From assembly GCA_050248475.1 (NCBI GenBank), contig JBFWSH010000004.1, positions 112,317-144,316 of the forward strand: a stretch of DNA of 32,000 nucleotides, read 5' to 3'. This DNA comes from Flavobacteriales bacterium (GTDB lineage: Bacteria; Bacteroidota; Bacteroidia; Flavobacteriales_E; Vicingaceae). The position numbers and the translations under genes were made by a program. The notes beneath the pieces were generated by a model. The model saw nothing but the letters and a program-made list of their open reading frames with translations, ran no database searches and was not told the DNA's origin. This document shows positions 1 through 8,912 of this stretch, piece after piece (the stretch's first letter is position 1; the number at the start of each line of letters is the position of its first letter).

Positions 1-577
1 AAGAGCTATTAATTTTTGTTTTTTTTGATAATCGAAAAGTTACGGACGTGATAAAATATTTACCTTTTTTGGTTGTTTTAAAAATACTACTACGATAATC
101 AAATTCACATGCTTCATTGGTAAATTTTTGAAGCTTAAAATCATCTAGAGATAATGCCTCGACTTCTACAATTACATCTTTAACTTCAACACCATAAGCA
201 CCAATATTTTGCATAGGGCTAGCTCCAACAGTACCTGGAATTAATGCTAAATTTTCTACACCCGACCAATTGTTTTCCACACAAAACATCACAAACTCAT
301 GCCAGACTTCACCAGCTCCAACCTTTAAAATAACTTCCTCGTTATTTTCTAACAAGATTTCTATTCCTATTAAATTATTTTTTACAACCAGCCCATCAAA
401 ATCCTGAGTAAGCAGTATATTACTACCTCCTCCTAAAATCAATAAATCGTTCTTATTCTTTTTAAGAACAACTTTTAACTCATCAATAGAACTAACCTCT
501 ACAAAAGAGGTTGATTCTACATCTATACCGAATGTGTTAAATGGTTTTAAAGAAATATTATGTTGAATGGTTAACAA
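1..577 (-). CDS. murB: UDP-N-acetylenolpyruvoylglucosamine reductase MurB, N-terminal part (gene runs off the window start)
   Basis: Not in the supplied ORF track because it is open at the window edge. My minus-strand translation from 577 gives (M)LTIQHNISLKPFNTFGIDVESTSFVEVSSIDELKVVLKKNKNDLLILGGGSNILLTQDFDGLVV...IPGTVGASPMQNIGAYGVEV, a MurB-type FAD-binding N-terminus. There is an in-frame TAA at 580..578 and no in-frame ATG before the GGGSN motif, so TTG 577..575 is the likely start, 3 nt after the ispF stop. Confidence 0.8.
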   Translation of the reverse strand, partial: MLTIQHNISLKPFNTFGIDVESTSFVEVSSIDELKVVLKKNKNDLLILGGGSNILLTQDFDGLVVKNNLIGIEILLENNEEVILKVGAGEVWHEFVMFCVENNWSGVENLALIPGTVGASPMQNIGAYGVEVKDVIVEVEALSLDDFKLQKFTNEACEFDYRSSIFKTTKKGKYFITSVTFRLSKKTKINSS

Positions 578-580
578 TTA

Positions 581-1060
581 TTATATTTTTTCGATAAGCA
601 CCACAGCATAAGCCGAAACTCCTTCTTCTCTACCTTCAAATCCAAGTTGTTCGGTAGTTGTAGCTTTAATAGAAACATCATCTACTTCAACTTGTAAAAG
701 TTGTGCTAAAACTAATTTCATTTCAGGTATGTGTGGATTAATTTTAGGTTTTTCTAATGCAATAGTTGCATCAACATTCCCAACAGTAAAACCTTTTTCA
801 GCAACTAGTCTAACAACATCTTTTAAAAGAATTTTACTATCAATACCTTTGTAGGTATTATCTGTTGGAGGAAAATGAAATCCAATATCTCTCAAATTAG
901 CTGCACCCAGTAACGCATCACAAATGGTATGAATTAAAACATCTGCATCTGAATGTCCGACAGCACCTCTGGTATGAGGAATTTTAATTCCTCCCAACCA
1001 AAAATCTTCACCTTCTTTTAATTGATGTACATCAAAACCAAAACCCACTCTAATTTTCAT
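581..1060 (-). CDS. ispF: 2-C-methyl-D-erythritol 2,4-cyclodiphosphate synthase
   Basis: 159 aa. MKIRVGFGFDVHQL...GHSDADVLIHTICDALLGA matches the IspF metal-binding and active-site pattern and typical length. Confidence 0.93.
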   Translation of the reverse strand: MKIRVGFGFDVHQLKEGEDFWLGGIKIPHTRGAVGHSDADVLIHTICDALLGAANLRDIGFHFPPTDNTYKGIDSKILLKDVVRLVAEKGFTVGNVDATIALEKPKINPHIPEMKLVLAQLLQVEVDDVSIKATTTEQLGFEGREEGVSAYAVVLIEKI

Positions 1061-1063
1061 CTG

Positions 1064-2275
1064 TTAATTTTCTTCTTTTTGCTTCTTAAAGTCATCAAAA
1101 TTAAACATTAAAGTAAACCTTAAAGTATTGGCTAAAGGGTTGTTTTGAGTTGTTGCATATAAATAAGACATGTCTATGGTAAATACACTCATCTTAAGCC
1201 CTAACCCAGCAGTTACATATTTTCGATTCCCCTTGGTAACATGCTCATTAAAATAACCTAATCTAACTGCAAATTGTTTATTGTACCAATATTCTAATCC
1301 TGTTGAAATGTTATACTCTCTCAATTCTTCTGTCATTCCTCCTGGAGCATCATAAAATGATTGCATGATACCATTCATAATCCCAACATTAGGATCCATT
1401 CCAGATTCTATCGTTGGTTCATTAGTTACTGGATCTACAATTGGGCTTCCAGAAGCATCTAACTTATAAATAGGCGGGGTTGGCACCAATAGTTTATTAA
1501 CATCAGCTATAATAGCGATAGAATTGTAATCATCTAAAACAAAAGCTAAAGATGTTCCAAGTTTCATATTGATAGGTATAAAATCTTTGTTTGCATCATC
1601 TGTATAAGAAATCTTAGCGCCAATATTTGATAAATTTAATCCAACATTCAATATCGTGTTTTGTCCAAACAATTCTATATCTGGGTTTGTGTAAAATGTA
1701 CTTACATCAACTGCAAATGAAGTACCTGCCCTCGTATTAGAACCACTAACATCGATACCTCCAGTCAAATTAGAATAAATATATCGTGCAGCGATACCAC
1801 CTGATAATTTATCTCCTAATTTTCTTGAATATGCAACATCTACAGCAAATTCATTCGGTCTAAAATCACCTAAAGCATTTCCCACATCATCAGTAAATTT
1901 TATATCTCCTAATGAAAAATATCGTAAAGAGGCTCCTAATGTGTGATCTTTACCTAATTTCTTATAAAAACTCACATAAGACAGACTTATGTCCGGAACC
2001 AATTGTCTTAACCATGGTGAGTAAGAAATAGATAATCCCATTTCTTTATCCATAAAAGCCAATTTAGCAGGATTCCAATGTATGGAATTCGCATCTGGAG
2101 AAGTAGCCACACCAGCATCTCCTAAAGCTCCAGCTCTAGAGTCTGGGGCTATCAATAAAAAAGGAACTGCAGTTGTAATGGTATTGAGTTGTAGATCGCT
2201 TCTTCCTAAGGTACTTTGAGATTTCACACTAATTAACGAGGCACTGAAAGCAACTACTAAAAAACTTTTTTTCAT
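1064..2275 (-). CDS. porV: Type IX secretion system outer-membrane shuttle protein PorV (LptO)
   Basis: 403 aa with a signal peptide. Has the conserved ITTAVPFLLIAPDSRAGALGDAGVATSPD...WNPAKLAF block typical of PorV, beta-barrel-like alternating sequence ending in F-rich strands, and sits directly downstream of porU as in Flavobacterium johnsoniae. Confidence 0.85.
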   Translation of the reverse strand: MKKSFLVVAFSASLISVKSQSTLGRSDLQLNTITTAVPFLLIAPDSRAGALGDAGVATSPDANSIHWNPAKLAFMDKEMGLSISYSPWLRQLVPDISLSYVSFYKKLGKDHTLGASLRYFSLGDIKFTDDVGNALGDFRPNEFAVDVAYSRKLGDKLSGGIAARYIYSNLTGGIDVSGSNTRAGTSFAVDVSTFYTNPDIELFGQNTILNVGLNLSNIGAKISYTDDANKDFIPINMKLGTSLAFVLDDYNSIAIIADVNKLLVPTPPIYKLDASGSPIVDPVTNEPTIESGMDPNVGIMNGIMQSFYDAPGGMTEELREYNISTGLEYWYNKQFAVRLGYFNEHVTKGNRKYVTAGLGLKMSVFTIDMSYLYATTQNNPLANTLRFTLMFNFDDFKKQKEEN

Positions 2276-2296
2276 CTATTGATTTTATAAGAAAAG

Positions 2297-2304
2297 CAAA
2301 TATA
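2297..2304 (-). promoter_or_regulatory. Bacteroidetes-type -7 promoter box (TATATTTG on minus strand) upstream of porV
   Basis: Plus-strand caaatata is the reverse complement of TAnnTTTG, 22 nt upstream of the porV ATG (2275). No clear -33 TTG. Confidence 0.35.
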
Positions 2305-2370
2305 CATTAATTTCATATCTACTTTTAAATTTTAAAACACATCAAACGAGATGTTTTTAATATTATTGTC

Positions 2371-5300
2371 TTATCGCAAAATAACTAATTTTTCATATTT
2401 ATCAGCTAACGACAAATTTTCAGCCCTCACTTTTAAATGGTAAATATATACTCCCCTTGCAAGCTTATCTCCATAATCATCTAGACCATCCCATGAGATA
2501 GAGGTTGAGCGAAAACCTTCACTAAATATATTTTGTTCTATTGTTTTTACCAGTTTTCCAGAAACTGTAAACACCTGAACCTGCACATACATAGGTTTAT
2601 TAGCTTGATTGTGTTCAAACCAAAATTCAGTATGTGTTGTAAACGGATTTGGATAATTATACACTCTACTTAAAACCACATCCTTAGCCTTAACAACCAC
2701 AAATTCAGTAGTAACTTCTTTTGAATTGTTATAAACATCCCAAACTTTTAAGGTAAGTTTATGTCGTCCTTCTTCAAGCTCTGTAAAAGGAAACCGAATC
2801 ACTCCTTTTTGATAACTGTTTAAGTCTGCTTCATAATAATTATTTAATATGAATGCATCATCTGTTTTATCATCTAAAACAGCAACAATATCATGCCCAA
2901 TACCATTACCCACCATATTAATACCATGCAAATCACTCACATAAGCCAACAAAGATGGATTTTCATCTGTTAGCCCTCCAAAAACAAAGGATTTATCATT
3001 CATAAACAACTCTACTTCTGGACCCTCATTATCTGCTATGTAATTATCAGAGGTTCCACCGATATAAAATTCTGAAAAATATCCATTAGCATCCTCAATT
3101 TGATTTTCTGCATAGTAGCTTATTTTTCCTTTTCCATAATTATATGCAATATCTTTTGGCACCACAAACGAAAATGAAAAATCACCATTCGTTACACTCA
3201 CCTTTCCTTTAAATAACTTACTAATTTGTGAATCAAAAATAAAAGGTTGGCCGCCATCATTTCTAAGTGTTGTTATAGTTTTACTCTTATCAAAGACAGT
3301 TGGATAAATTGTGCCATTATAATTGGTCAATTTTGTTCCGCTTTTATCTTGAACATATCCTTCAATAGTTACTTTTTGAAGTGCCTTAACAGTATCCAAA
3401 ACGGTAGATATTGTAGCCCCATTAAATTTTGTAGTTTTCACATCGTGCTTAGGATAAACAAGAGTTAAGGCAGGATCTCCCAGTAATGTAAAATTTCTAT
3501 TGTTTGAATTTGAAGCATTAAGATTTTTTATTTCCATAAAAATCTCTCCTATTGTTTTTTTCTTATTGTTTACCTCCGTAAAAACTTTACTATATAAACT
3601 TTGGTTCAGTGCAAAATTAGGGCTAGAAAAGACTAATCTAACCGTTGTTAGAAGAGCTATACCTCCTGTTTTATTAATTAAAACCATTTCTCCTGCTGAT
3701 GTTCTTTTAGGATCATCAAATCGACTAAATTCACAAGTTGCGGTAATAACCAATGGCAAATTACTAGTCTTTTCTAAACTATTAATATCTCCAACTGTTA
3801 GAACTCGTTCATGAGCCCAACCTGTTTCACCACCATGGCCTGTATAGTTTAGAATTAAAGATCCTTCATCAAAAGCTTTTATTATTTCTTTGTTCACATC
3901 AGGATATCTTGTCCCACCGGGTGTAGATTCTTGTTTGAATGCATCAAAAAATATCTTGTATGGGTTGTATTCTGGGTTACTCGACTCTACCATTCCTGCA
4001 AGAAAATCTGCTTGCCTCATATGTTCATTACTATCTTCATCATCACCAATAAAGGTAATTTCATTCCTCCAATCTCTCATTGTAGAAGGGTTGTAGTAAT
4101 TTATCACTTTATTGGTCACATTGTTTGCTTCTGCTTGGCTTTTTACTGGGAATCTACCAATTCCAATATCAACTAATTCAACCCCAAAAGACCATTGACC
4201 TTCATTATCATCCAACAAACCAAAATAGTCATCAGTTACAAGAGAACCTATAATTGCCAAAGAATTCGTTGACTGATAAGTTGGTATAAAATTGGTATTG
4301 CCCGAAATTCTATTTTTATTATCATAAGAACCATCTCCAAATAATAGCAAATGTTTCGGCAATTCAGCCGATGAAGAAGCCCTATCATAAAACATTTTCA
4401 TAAAGCTTCTTATTGCAACAGGATCTTGAGAACCGGATGAAAATTCATTATAAACTTGAATTGGCGTCACAACAACAACACTCATACCTTCTTGCCTATG
4501 AAAATCTGCAATTTGTTCCGCTTGATTTAAAAAATCAGGATGACTAACAATTACAAAATCTTGCTGAGATAACCCATGTAAATTTTGATTATCCACTTTC
4601 CCTATAGAATAAACTTGGGTTTCAAAATTATTGGTTAAAGCAACAAATTCTCTCAACGAATCCGTTGTAGCAATAAAAGAAATTGAACTTCCTTGTATAA
4701 ATTGTTGTCCCTTAATATTTAAAGGATCTGTGATATCCCAAATTTTAGTAACATTTGAGGCATTAGACAGGTTAAATTGACTAATATTTCCCGATCCTAC
4801 CGAATTAATATCTCTAAAAAATAATTGGTTACCAATCATATTCAAATTACGTCTGGCATTCAGCTGAATTTTATCTAACCAAGCAACTGAAGAAGAACTT
4901 GGCTTGTTGTAATTTATTTTCACATTGATTAAATCAGATGAAGGATTAAAATTAATCGTTCCATTCCCATTATTTGCATACTGGCAACTATAACAACTCA
5001 ATGTAATGGTATTGAAGTTTATTGAAGTACTAATTCCACCTGATGAAACTGTAAAAGCACTAGCAACACTACTTCTTCCCGCTCCACTTACATAAACATT
5101 AACTGGGCTAGATAAATCTACATCAGGCACATTAAATACAAAATCATACTCAGTTTTAATATCAAACACTTCACCATACCAATCTTGTCCCGATTTAATA
5201 AGATTTAAATTATCTTTCTCATAATATTGATATTCATTAAACGTATTTACAACTTTGTTAGGGGTTAAAGAATTTAAAGTAGTATTAATTCGTTTTGGTG

Positions 5301-6165
5301 GTTCTGAGGTACTTGAAGCTGTTATAAAATAATATGATGTATCACAATTTCTATTCAATTGATGATTATATAAATTTGTACTTGTATTTAAGTTTTTAGA
5401 ATGAGGACTTTGTCCATAAAACAAAATATAATCTTCTAAATTGAAGGTACCATCATTTTCACCTTCTATATGAATTGCATTTTGCATTAAATCGTCATAT
5501 CTGAATTGAGCATTAACTTCAGGGAGCATTTTCCCTCCATTACCATACACTTTTATATTTTGAGGATTAATATTATCAATATCGAGTCCTAAATTTTTCA
5601 AAAAAGAATAATCAAGCCTAAACACCCCTTCTTTTAATACTGCTATTTTATACCATTCTCCAGATGCTAATACTGAATTTTGAACGGTCGATTTTAGGTT
5701 TGATTTTACACTTAATTTTTTGGCTCTTGTTAATAACTTTAACTGATATTTAACAACTCTTTGATAGACACCTAAAGACTGGTTATAGATAATCGGAACA
5801 AAAGAAATTATTCCATAATTCTGTTTTTTACTAATTGCGTTTGAATAATCAATACTTAGAACATTAGGAATAAAAGATAATCCTGCTACATTCAAAATAT
5901 CAGACGATTGAACATTTTCATATTCAGCATCAATCACTTCAACATTATAAATCTCTTGATTACCTATATCAATCTGTTTTGAATAAAATGCCAAAAAATC
6001 TTTTTGTTCATCAAATTGCGCATAATCGAAAGAAAAAAATGTTTTTTTGTTCCCATCCAAAAAGTCATTTGTAACATTTTCATGCCAAATTATCTTCTCT
6101 TCAATAATAATTTGAGAAAATAATAAAGTAGGAGCAATTATGAATAATAAAATAAGTAATTTCAT
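2371..6165 (-). CDS. porU: Type IX secretion system sortase PorU (C25/gingipain-family peptidase)
   Basis: 1264 aa with an N-terminal signal peptide. C25-type catalytic His context (LNYTGHGGETGW) and Cys context (LVITATCEFSRFDDP). C-terminal T9SS-type sorting domain (VYNYPNPFTTHTEFWF...LVILR). Size and porU-porV adjacency match the known pair. Confidence 0.88.
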   Translation of the reverse strand: MKLLILLFIIAPTLLFSQIIIEEKIIWHENVTNDFLDGNKKTFFSFDYAQFDEQKDFLAFYSKQIDIGNQEIYNVEVIDAEYENVQSSDILNVAGLSFIPNVLSIDYSNAISKKQNYGIISFVPIIYNQSLGVYQRVVKYQLKLLTRAKKLSVKSNLKSTVQNSVLASGEWYKIAVLKEGVFRLDYSFLKNLGLDIDNINPQNIKVYGNGGKMLPEVNAQFRYDDLMQNAIHIEGENDGTFNLEDYILFYGQSPHSKNLNTSTNLYNHQLNRNCDTSYYFITASSTSEPPKRINTTLNSLTPNKVVNTFNEYQYYEKDNLNLIKSGQDWYGEVFDIKTEYDFVFNVPDVDLSSPVNVYVSGAGRSSVASAFTVSSGGISTSINFNTITLSCYSCQYANNGNGTINFNPSSDLINVKINYNKPSSSSVAWLDKIQLNARRNLNMIGNQLFFRDINSVGSGNISQFNLSNASNVTKIWDITDPLNIKGQQFIQGSSISFIATTDSLREFVALTNNFETQVYSIGKVDNQNLHGLSQQDFVIVSHPDFLNQAEQIADFHRQEGMSVVVVTPIQVYNEFSSGSQDPVAIRSFMKMFYDRASSSAELPKHLLLFGDGSYDNKNRISGNTNFIPTYQSTNSLAIIGSLVTDDYFGLLDDNEGQWSFGVELVDIGIGRFPVKSQAEANNVTNKVINYYNPSTMRDWRNEITFIGDDEDSNEHMRQADFLAGMVESSNPEYNPYKIFFDAFKQESTPGGTRYPDVNKEIIKAFDEGSLILNYTGHGGETGWAHERVLTVGDINSLEKTSNLPLVITATCEFSRFDDPKRTSAGEMVLINKTGGIALLTTVRLVFSSPNFALNQSLYSKVFTEVNNKKKTIGEIFMEIKNLNASNSNNRNFTLLGDPALTLVYPKHDVKTTKFNGATISTVLDTVKALQKVTIEGYVQDKSGTKLTNYNGTIYPTVFDKSKTITTLRNDGGQPFIFDSQISKLFKGKVSVTNGDFSFSFVVPKDIAYNYGKGKISYYAENQIEDANGYFSEFYIGGTSDNYIADNEGPEVELFMNDKSFVFGGLTDENPSLLAYVSDLHGINMVGNGIGHDIVAVLDDKTDDAFILNNYYEADLNSYQKGVIRFPFTELEEGRHKLTLKVWDVYNNSKEVTTEFVVVKAKDVVLSRVYNYPNPFTTHTEFWFEHNQANKPMYVQVQVFTVSGKLVKTIEQNIFSEGFRSTSISWDGLDDYGDKLARGVYIYHLKVRAENLSLADKYEKLVILR

Positions 6166-6188
6166 CTTAATTTTTAAACATTATTTAG

Positions 6189-6196
6189 CAAATTTA
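6189..6196 (-). promoter_or_regulatory. Bacteroidetes-type -7 box (TAAATTTG on minus strand) upstream of porU
   Basis: Plus-strand caaattta, 24 nt upstream of the porU ATG (6165). A possible TTG lies 23 nt further upstream on the minus strand. Confidence 0.4.
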
Positions 6197-6256
6197 CGCT
6201 TTATAAAATCTTTATTTTACAATAAAGTTAATGAAAACGAAACATTTTTTTAAATA

Positions 6257-6291
6257 TTGTTTTTATAAGTATTCCAAAATTTATACATTTG
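6257..6291 (+). promoter_or_regulatory. Bacteroidetes-type promoter (TTG ... TACATTTG) for the PorP-like/gldJ unit
   Basis: TACATTTG at 6284..6291 matches TAnnTTTG; TTG at 6257..6259 (spacing 24, longer than ideal). It overlaps the TTG 6289 start in the track, favouring the ATG 6328 start. Confidence 0.45.
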
Positions 6292-6327
6292 GAACTTCGT
6301 AAAACATTTTTACGTAAAAGTGTTTGT

Positions 6328-7305
6328 ATGAAACAGAAACATATGTGGAAAAAATATATAAGTAAACGACTATCGTTTGTGGCACTAATGCTACTATCGA
6401 TAAACTTATTTGGACAGGATCCCGAGTTTACCCAATTTTATGCAAACCCATTATACCTTAACCCTGCATTTGCTGGATCTGCTAACTGTCCTAGAGTTTC
6501 TTTAAACTATCGTAATCAATGGCCAGGAATTAGTGGCTCTTTTATTACTTATAGTGCCTCTTACGATCAGCATGTAGATAATCTTTCTGGAGGTGTGGGG
6601 CTCTTGGTGTGGAATGACAGAGCTGGAGAGGGAACTCTTAATACAACAAATGTTAGCGGCATTTACTCTTATCAATTACCTGTTACGAGACGGTTTTCTA
6701 TAAAAGCCGGTTTACAAGCTACTTGGGCACAGAAATCGGTTGATTGGAGTAAATTAACTTTTGGAGACATGATTGATGCTCGAAGAGGTTTCGTTTATAA
6801 TACAAACGAAGTAAAGCGTGATGCCCCTTCAAACTATGTGGATTTTTCTGCTGGTATTTTGGGATATAGTGACAAATATTTTGTTGGCGTAGCAGTTCAT
6901 CATTTAACTGAACCAAACGAATCCGTTATAAAAGGAGAAAGTCCCCTTCCAAGGAAATATACATTCCATGCAGGTGCAGTTATCCCATTAGAAGGAAAAG
7001 GTGATGTGGCAACTTTATCTCCAAACATTTTATTTAGAATGCAGCAAGATTTTAGACAAATTAATTTTGGTATGTATTATTCTAAAGGACCAATTATTGG
7101 TGGTTTATGGTATAGAAACTCAGATGCTTTTATTACTTTAGTTGGTATTCAGACTGGAATAATGAAATTTGGATATAGTTATGATATTACCATTTCGGAT
7201 CTTACTAATAAAACAGCAGGTTCTCATGAATTATCTTTGGGATTACAGTTTGACTGTAAACCTAAAAAGAGAAAATTTAGAACAATAAGTTGCCCTTCTT
7301 TTTAG
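6328..7305 (+). CDS. PorP/SprF-family type IX secretion system membrane protein
   Basis: Signal peptide followed by the family signature QDPEFTQFYANPLYLNPAFAGS, about 325 aa, beta-barrel-like. The track start (TTG 6289) overlaps a TAcaTTTG -7 promoter box at 6284..6291, so I prefer ATG 6328; ATG 6343 is also possible. Confidence 0.8.
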   Translation: MKQKHMWKKYISKRLSFVALMLLSINLFGQDPEFTQFYANPLYLNPAFAGSANCPRVSLNYRNQWPGISGSFITYSASYDQHVDNLSGGVGLLVWNDRAGEGTLNTTNVSGIYSYQLPVTRRFSIKAGLQATWAQKSVDWSKLTFGDMIDARRGFVYNTNEVKRDAPSNYVDFSAGILGYSDKYFVGVAVHHLTEPNESVIKGESPLPRKYTFHAGAVIPLEGKGDVATLSPNILFRMQQDFRQINFGMYYSKGPIIGGLWYRNSDAFITLVGIQTGIMKFGYSYDITISDLTNKTAGSHELSLGLQFDCKPKKRKFRTISCPSF

Positions 7306-7320
7306 TTTATTATATATTTG
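7290..7320 (+). promoter_or_regulatory. Bacteroidetes-type promoter TTG-N20-TATATTTG immediately upstream of gldJ
   Basis: TTG 7290..7292, TATATTTG 7313..7320, gldJ ATG at 7343. The -33 element lies in the 3' end of the PorP-like gene. Confidence 0.5.
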
Positions 7321-7342
7321 CATAACGTAAATCATTTCAATT

Positions 7343-8845
7343 ATGAAACTTAGACAATTAAATTCGTTAATATTTATATTCTCTGTATCGGTAATTCTGT
7401 TTTTCTCTTCATGTAAAAGAGAACAGTCTGGTGCCACCGGATGGGAATATAATAACCCAAAAAATGGTGGATTTCAAAAGGTTCCTTATTTAGAACAAGA
7501 AACTGGTCCTGGACTAGTTCTTATTGAAGGAGGTAGATTCACGATGGGTAGGGTTGAACAAGAAGTAAATTACGATTGGAATAATATTCCAAGAACAGTA
7601 ACAGTTTCTTCTTTCTACATGGATGAAGTTGAGGTTACCAATTTTTTCTACCTAGAATACTTGTATTGGTTAGAAAGAGTTTTCAGTGCCGACTATCCCG
7701 AAGTTCATCATAAAGCTTTACCAGATAGTTTAGTTTGGAGAAGTAAATTGGCCTATATGGAACCTTATGTAGAGTTCTATTTAAGGCACCCTGCATATAG
7801 AGATTATCCTGTTGTTGGTGTTAACTGGTTACAAGCTAACGATTTCTGTTCTTGGAGAACTGATCGTGTAAACGAGTTAATTTTGATTAGAGAGGGTTTG
7901 TTTGAACATTACCCAAATCAAATTAATGAAGACAACTTTAATACTAAAGCTTATATGGCTGGTCAGTATGAAAGTGGAAAAAGAGTTGATGGAATTCCTG
8001 ATTTAAATCCTAACATGGAATATAGAAATGTTAGAATGGAAGATGGAATTTTATTACCTGAATATCGATTACCTACAGAAGCTGAGTGGGAATATGCTGC
8101 TTATGCTTTAATTGGTAACACCATTGATGAGTTAATTCCGGATAGAAAATTATACCCTTGGAATGGCCATGCTGTTAGAAATTCAAACGAAAATTATATC
8201 GGTCAAATTTTAGCTAACTTCAAGCGTGGTCAAGGTGATAATATGGGTGTTGCTGGAAAGCTTAATGATAATGCTGATGTTACTGCTCCTGTTTATGCAT
8301 ACTGGCCAAATGATTATGGTTTATATAACATGGCGGGTAATGTATCTGAGTGGGTAATGGACGTTTTCAGACCATTATCAATGGAAGATAACGATGATTT
8401 CAGACCTTTCAGAGGCAATGTTTATCAAACGAAGTTATTAGATGAAGATGGTGCTATTGCAGAGAAAGACAGTTTAGGTAGACTTATTTACAGAAATGTT
8501 GACCCTCAACTTGACAACTTACAGGCGAGAAGAAACTATAGAAAAGCTGATAATATTAACTATGCAGATGGTGACTGGGAATCAAACATTAACTGGGGAC
8601 AAGGTGACATGGGAAATAATCCTGATTTTGACAAAGAAAATCCTGCATTATCAATGTATCAGTTTGGAGAAACTACTCGTGTAAGTGATAAAGCAAGGGT
8701 TTACAAAGGAGCATCATGGAAAGACAGAGCTTATTGGGCTGTACCTGGAACTAGAAGACATCTTTTAGAAGATCAATCTACATCTTTTATTGGATTTAGA
8801 TGTGCTATGACAAGAGTTGGTAGTCCAGTTGGTTTGGGATATTAA
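7343..8845 (+). CDS. gldJ: Gliding-motility/T9SS lipoprotein GldJ (FGE/SUMF1-like domain)
   Basis: 500 aa. Lipoprotein signal with lipobox (LFFSSC, Cys24). FGE-sulfatase-like blocks (GGRFTMG, YRLPTEAEWEYAA, GNVSEWVMD, FIGFRC). It lies beside porU/porV and is followed by murF rather than gldLMN, which argues for GldJ over its paralog GldK. Confidence 0.8.
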   Translation: MKLRQLNSLIFIFSVSVILFFSSCKREQSGATGWEYNNPKNGGFQKVPYLEQETGPGLVLIEGGRFTMGRVEQEVNYDWNNIPRTVTVSSFYMDEVEVTNFFYLEYLYWLERVFSADYPEVHHKALPDSLVWRSKLAYMEPYVEFYLRHPAYRDYPVVGVNWLQANDFCSWRTDRVNELILIREGLFEHYPNQINEDNFNTKAYMAGQYESGKRVDGIPDLNPNMEYRNVRMEDGILLPEYRLPTEAEWEYAAYALIGNTIDELIPDRKLYPWNGHAVRNSNENYIGQILANFKRGQGDNMGVAGKLNDNADVTAPVYAYWPNDYGLYNMAGNVSEWVMDVFRPLSMEDNDDFRPFRGNVYQTKLLDEDGAIAEKDSLGRLIYRNVDPQLDNLQARRNYRKADNINYADGDWESNINWGQGDMGNNPDFDKENPALSMYQFGETTRVSDKARVYKGASWKDRAYWAVPGTRRHLLEDQSTSFIGFRCAMTRVGSPVGLGY

Positions 8846-8866
8846 CATTAAAATACTAATTACTTT

Positions 8867-8901
8867 AAAAAACCCTTCTGAAAATTTCAGAAGGGTTTTT
8901 T
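8867..8901 (+). terminator. Intrinsic terminator after gldJ
   Basis: cccttctgaa / ttcagaaggg 10-bp stem (8873..8895) flanked by an A-run and T-run (aaaaaa...tttttt). Confidence 0.75.
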
Positions 8902-8912
8902 ATTTTTACAAC

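Noticed and set aside
3247-4176. Four plus-strand ORFs (68-104 aa) in the track, antisense to porU.
   Set aside because: They lie entirely inside a well-supported 1264-aa gene and have low-complexity, Leu/Ser/Ile-rich translations with no recognisable motifs. They are typical shadow ORFs of AT-rich DNA.
6289-6327. TTG start at 6289 for the PorP-like gene, and likewise TTG 11393 for the minus-strand ACAD.
   Set aside because: Both TTG codons sit inside exact TAnnTTTG promoter boxes, so they would lie at or upstream of the transcription start. In-frame ATGs downstream give sensible N-termini.
8817-8912. Track start for murF at 8817, giving a 32-aa N-terminal extension that overlaps the gldJ 3' end.
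   Set aside because: The extension would be translated through the gldJ terminator hairpin (8873..8895). Its sequence is not MurF-like, and ATG 8913 yields a canonical MurF N-terminus.
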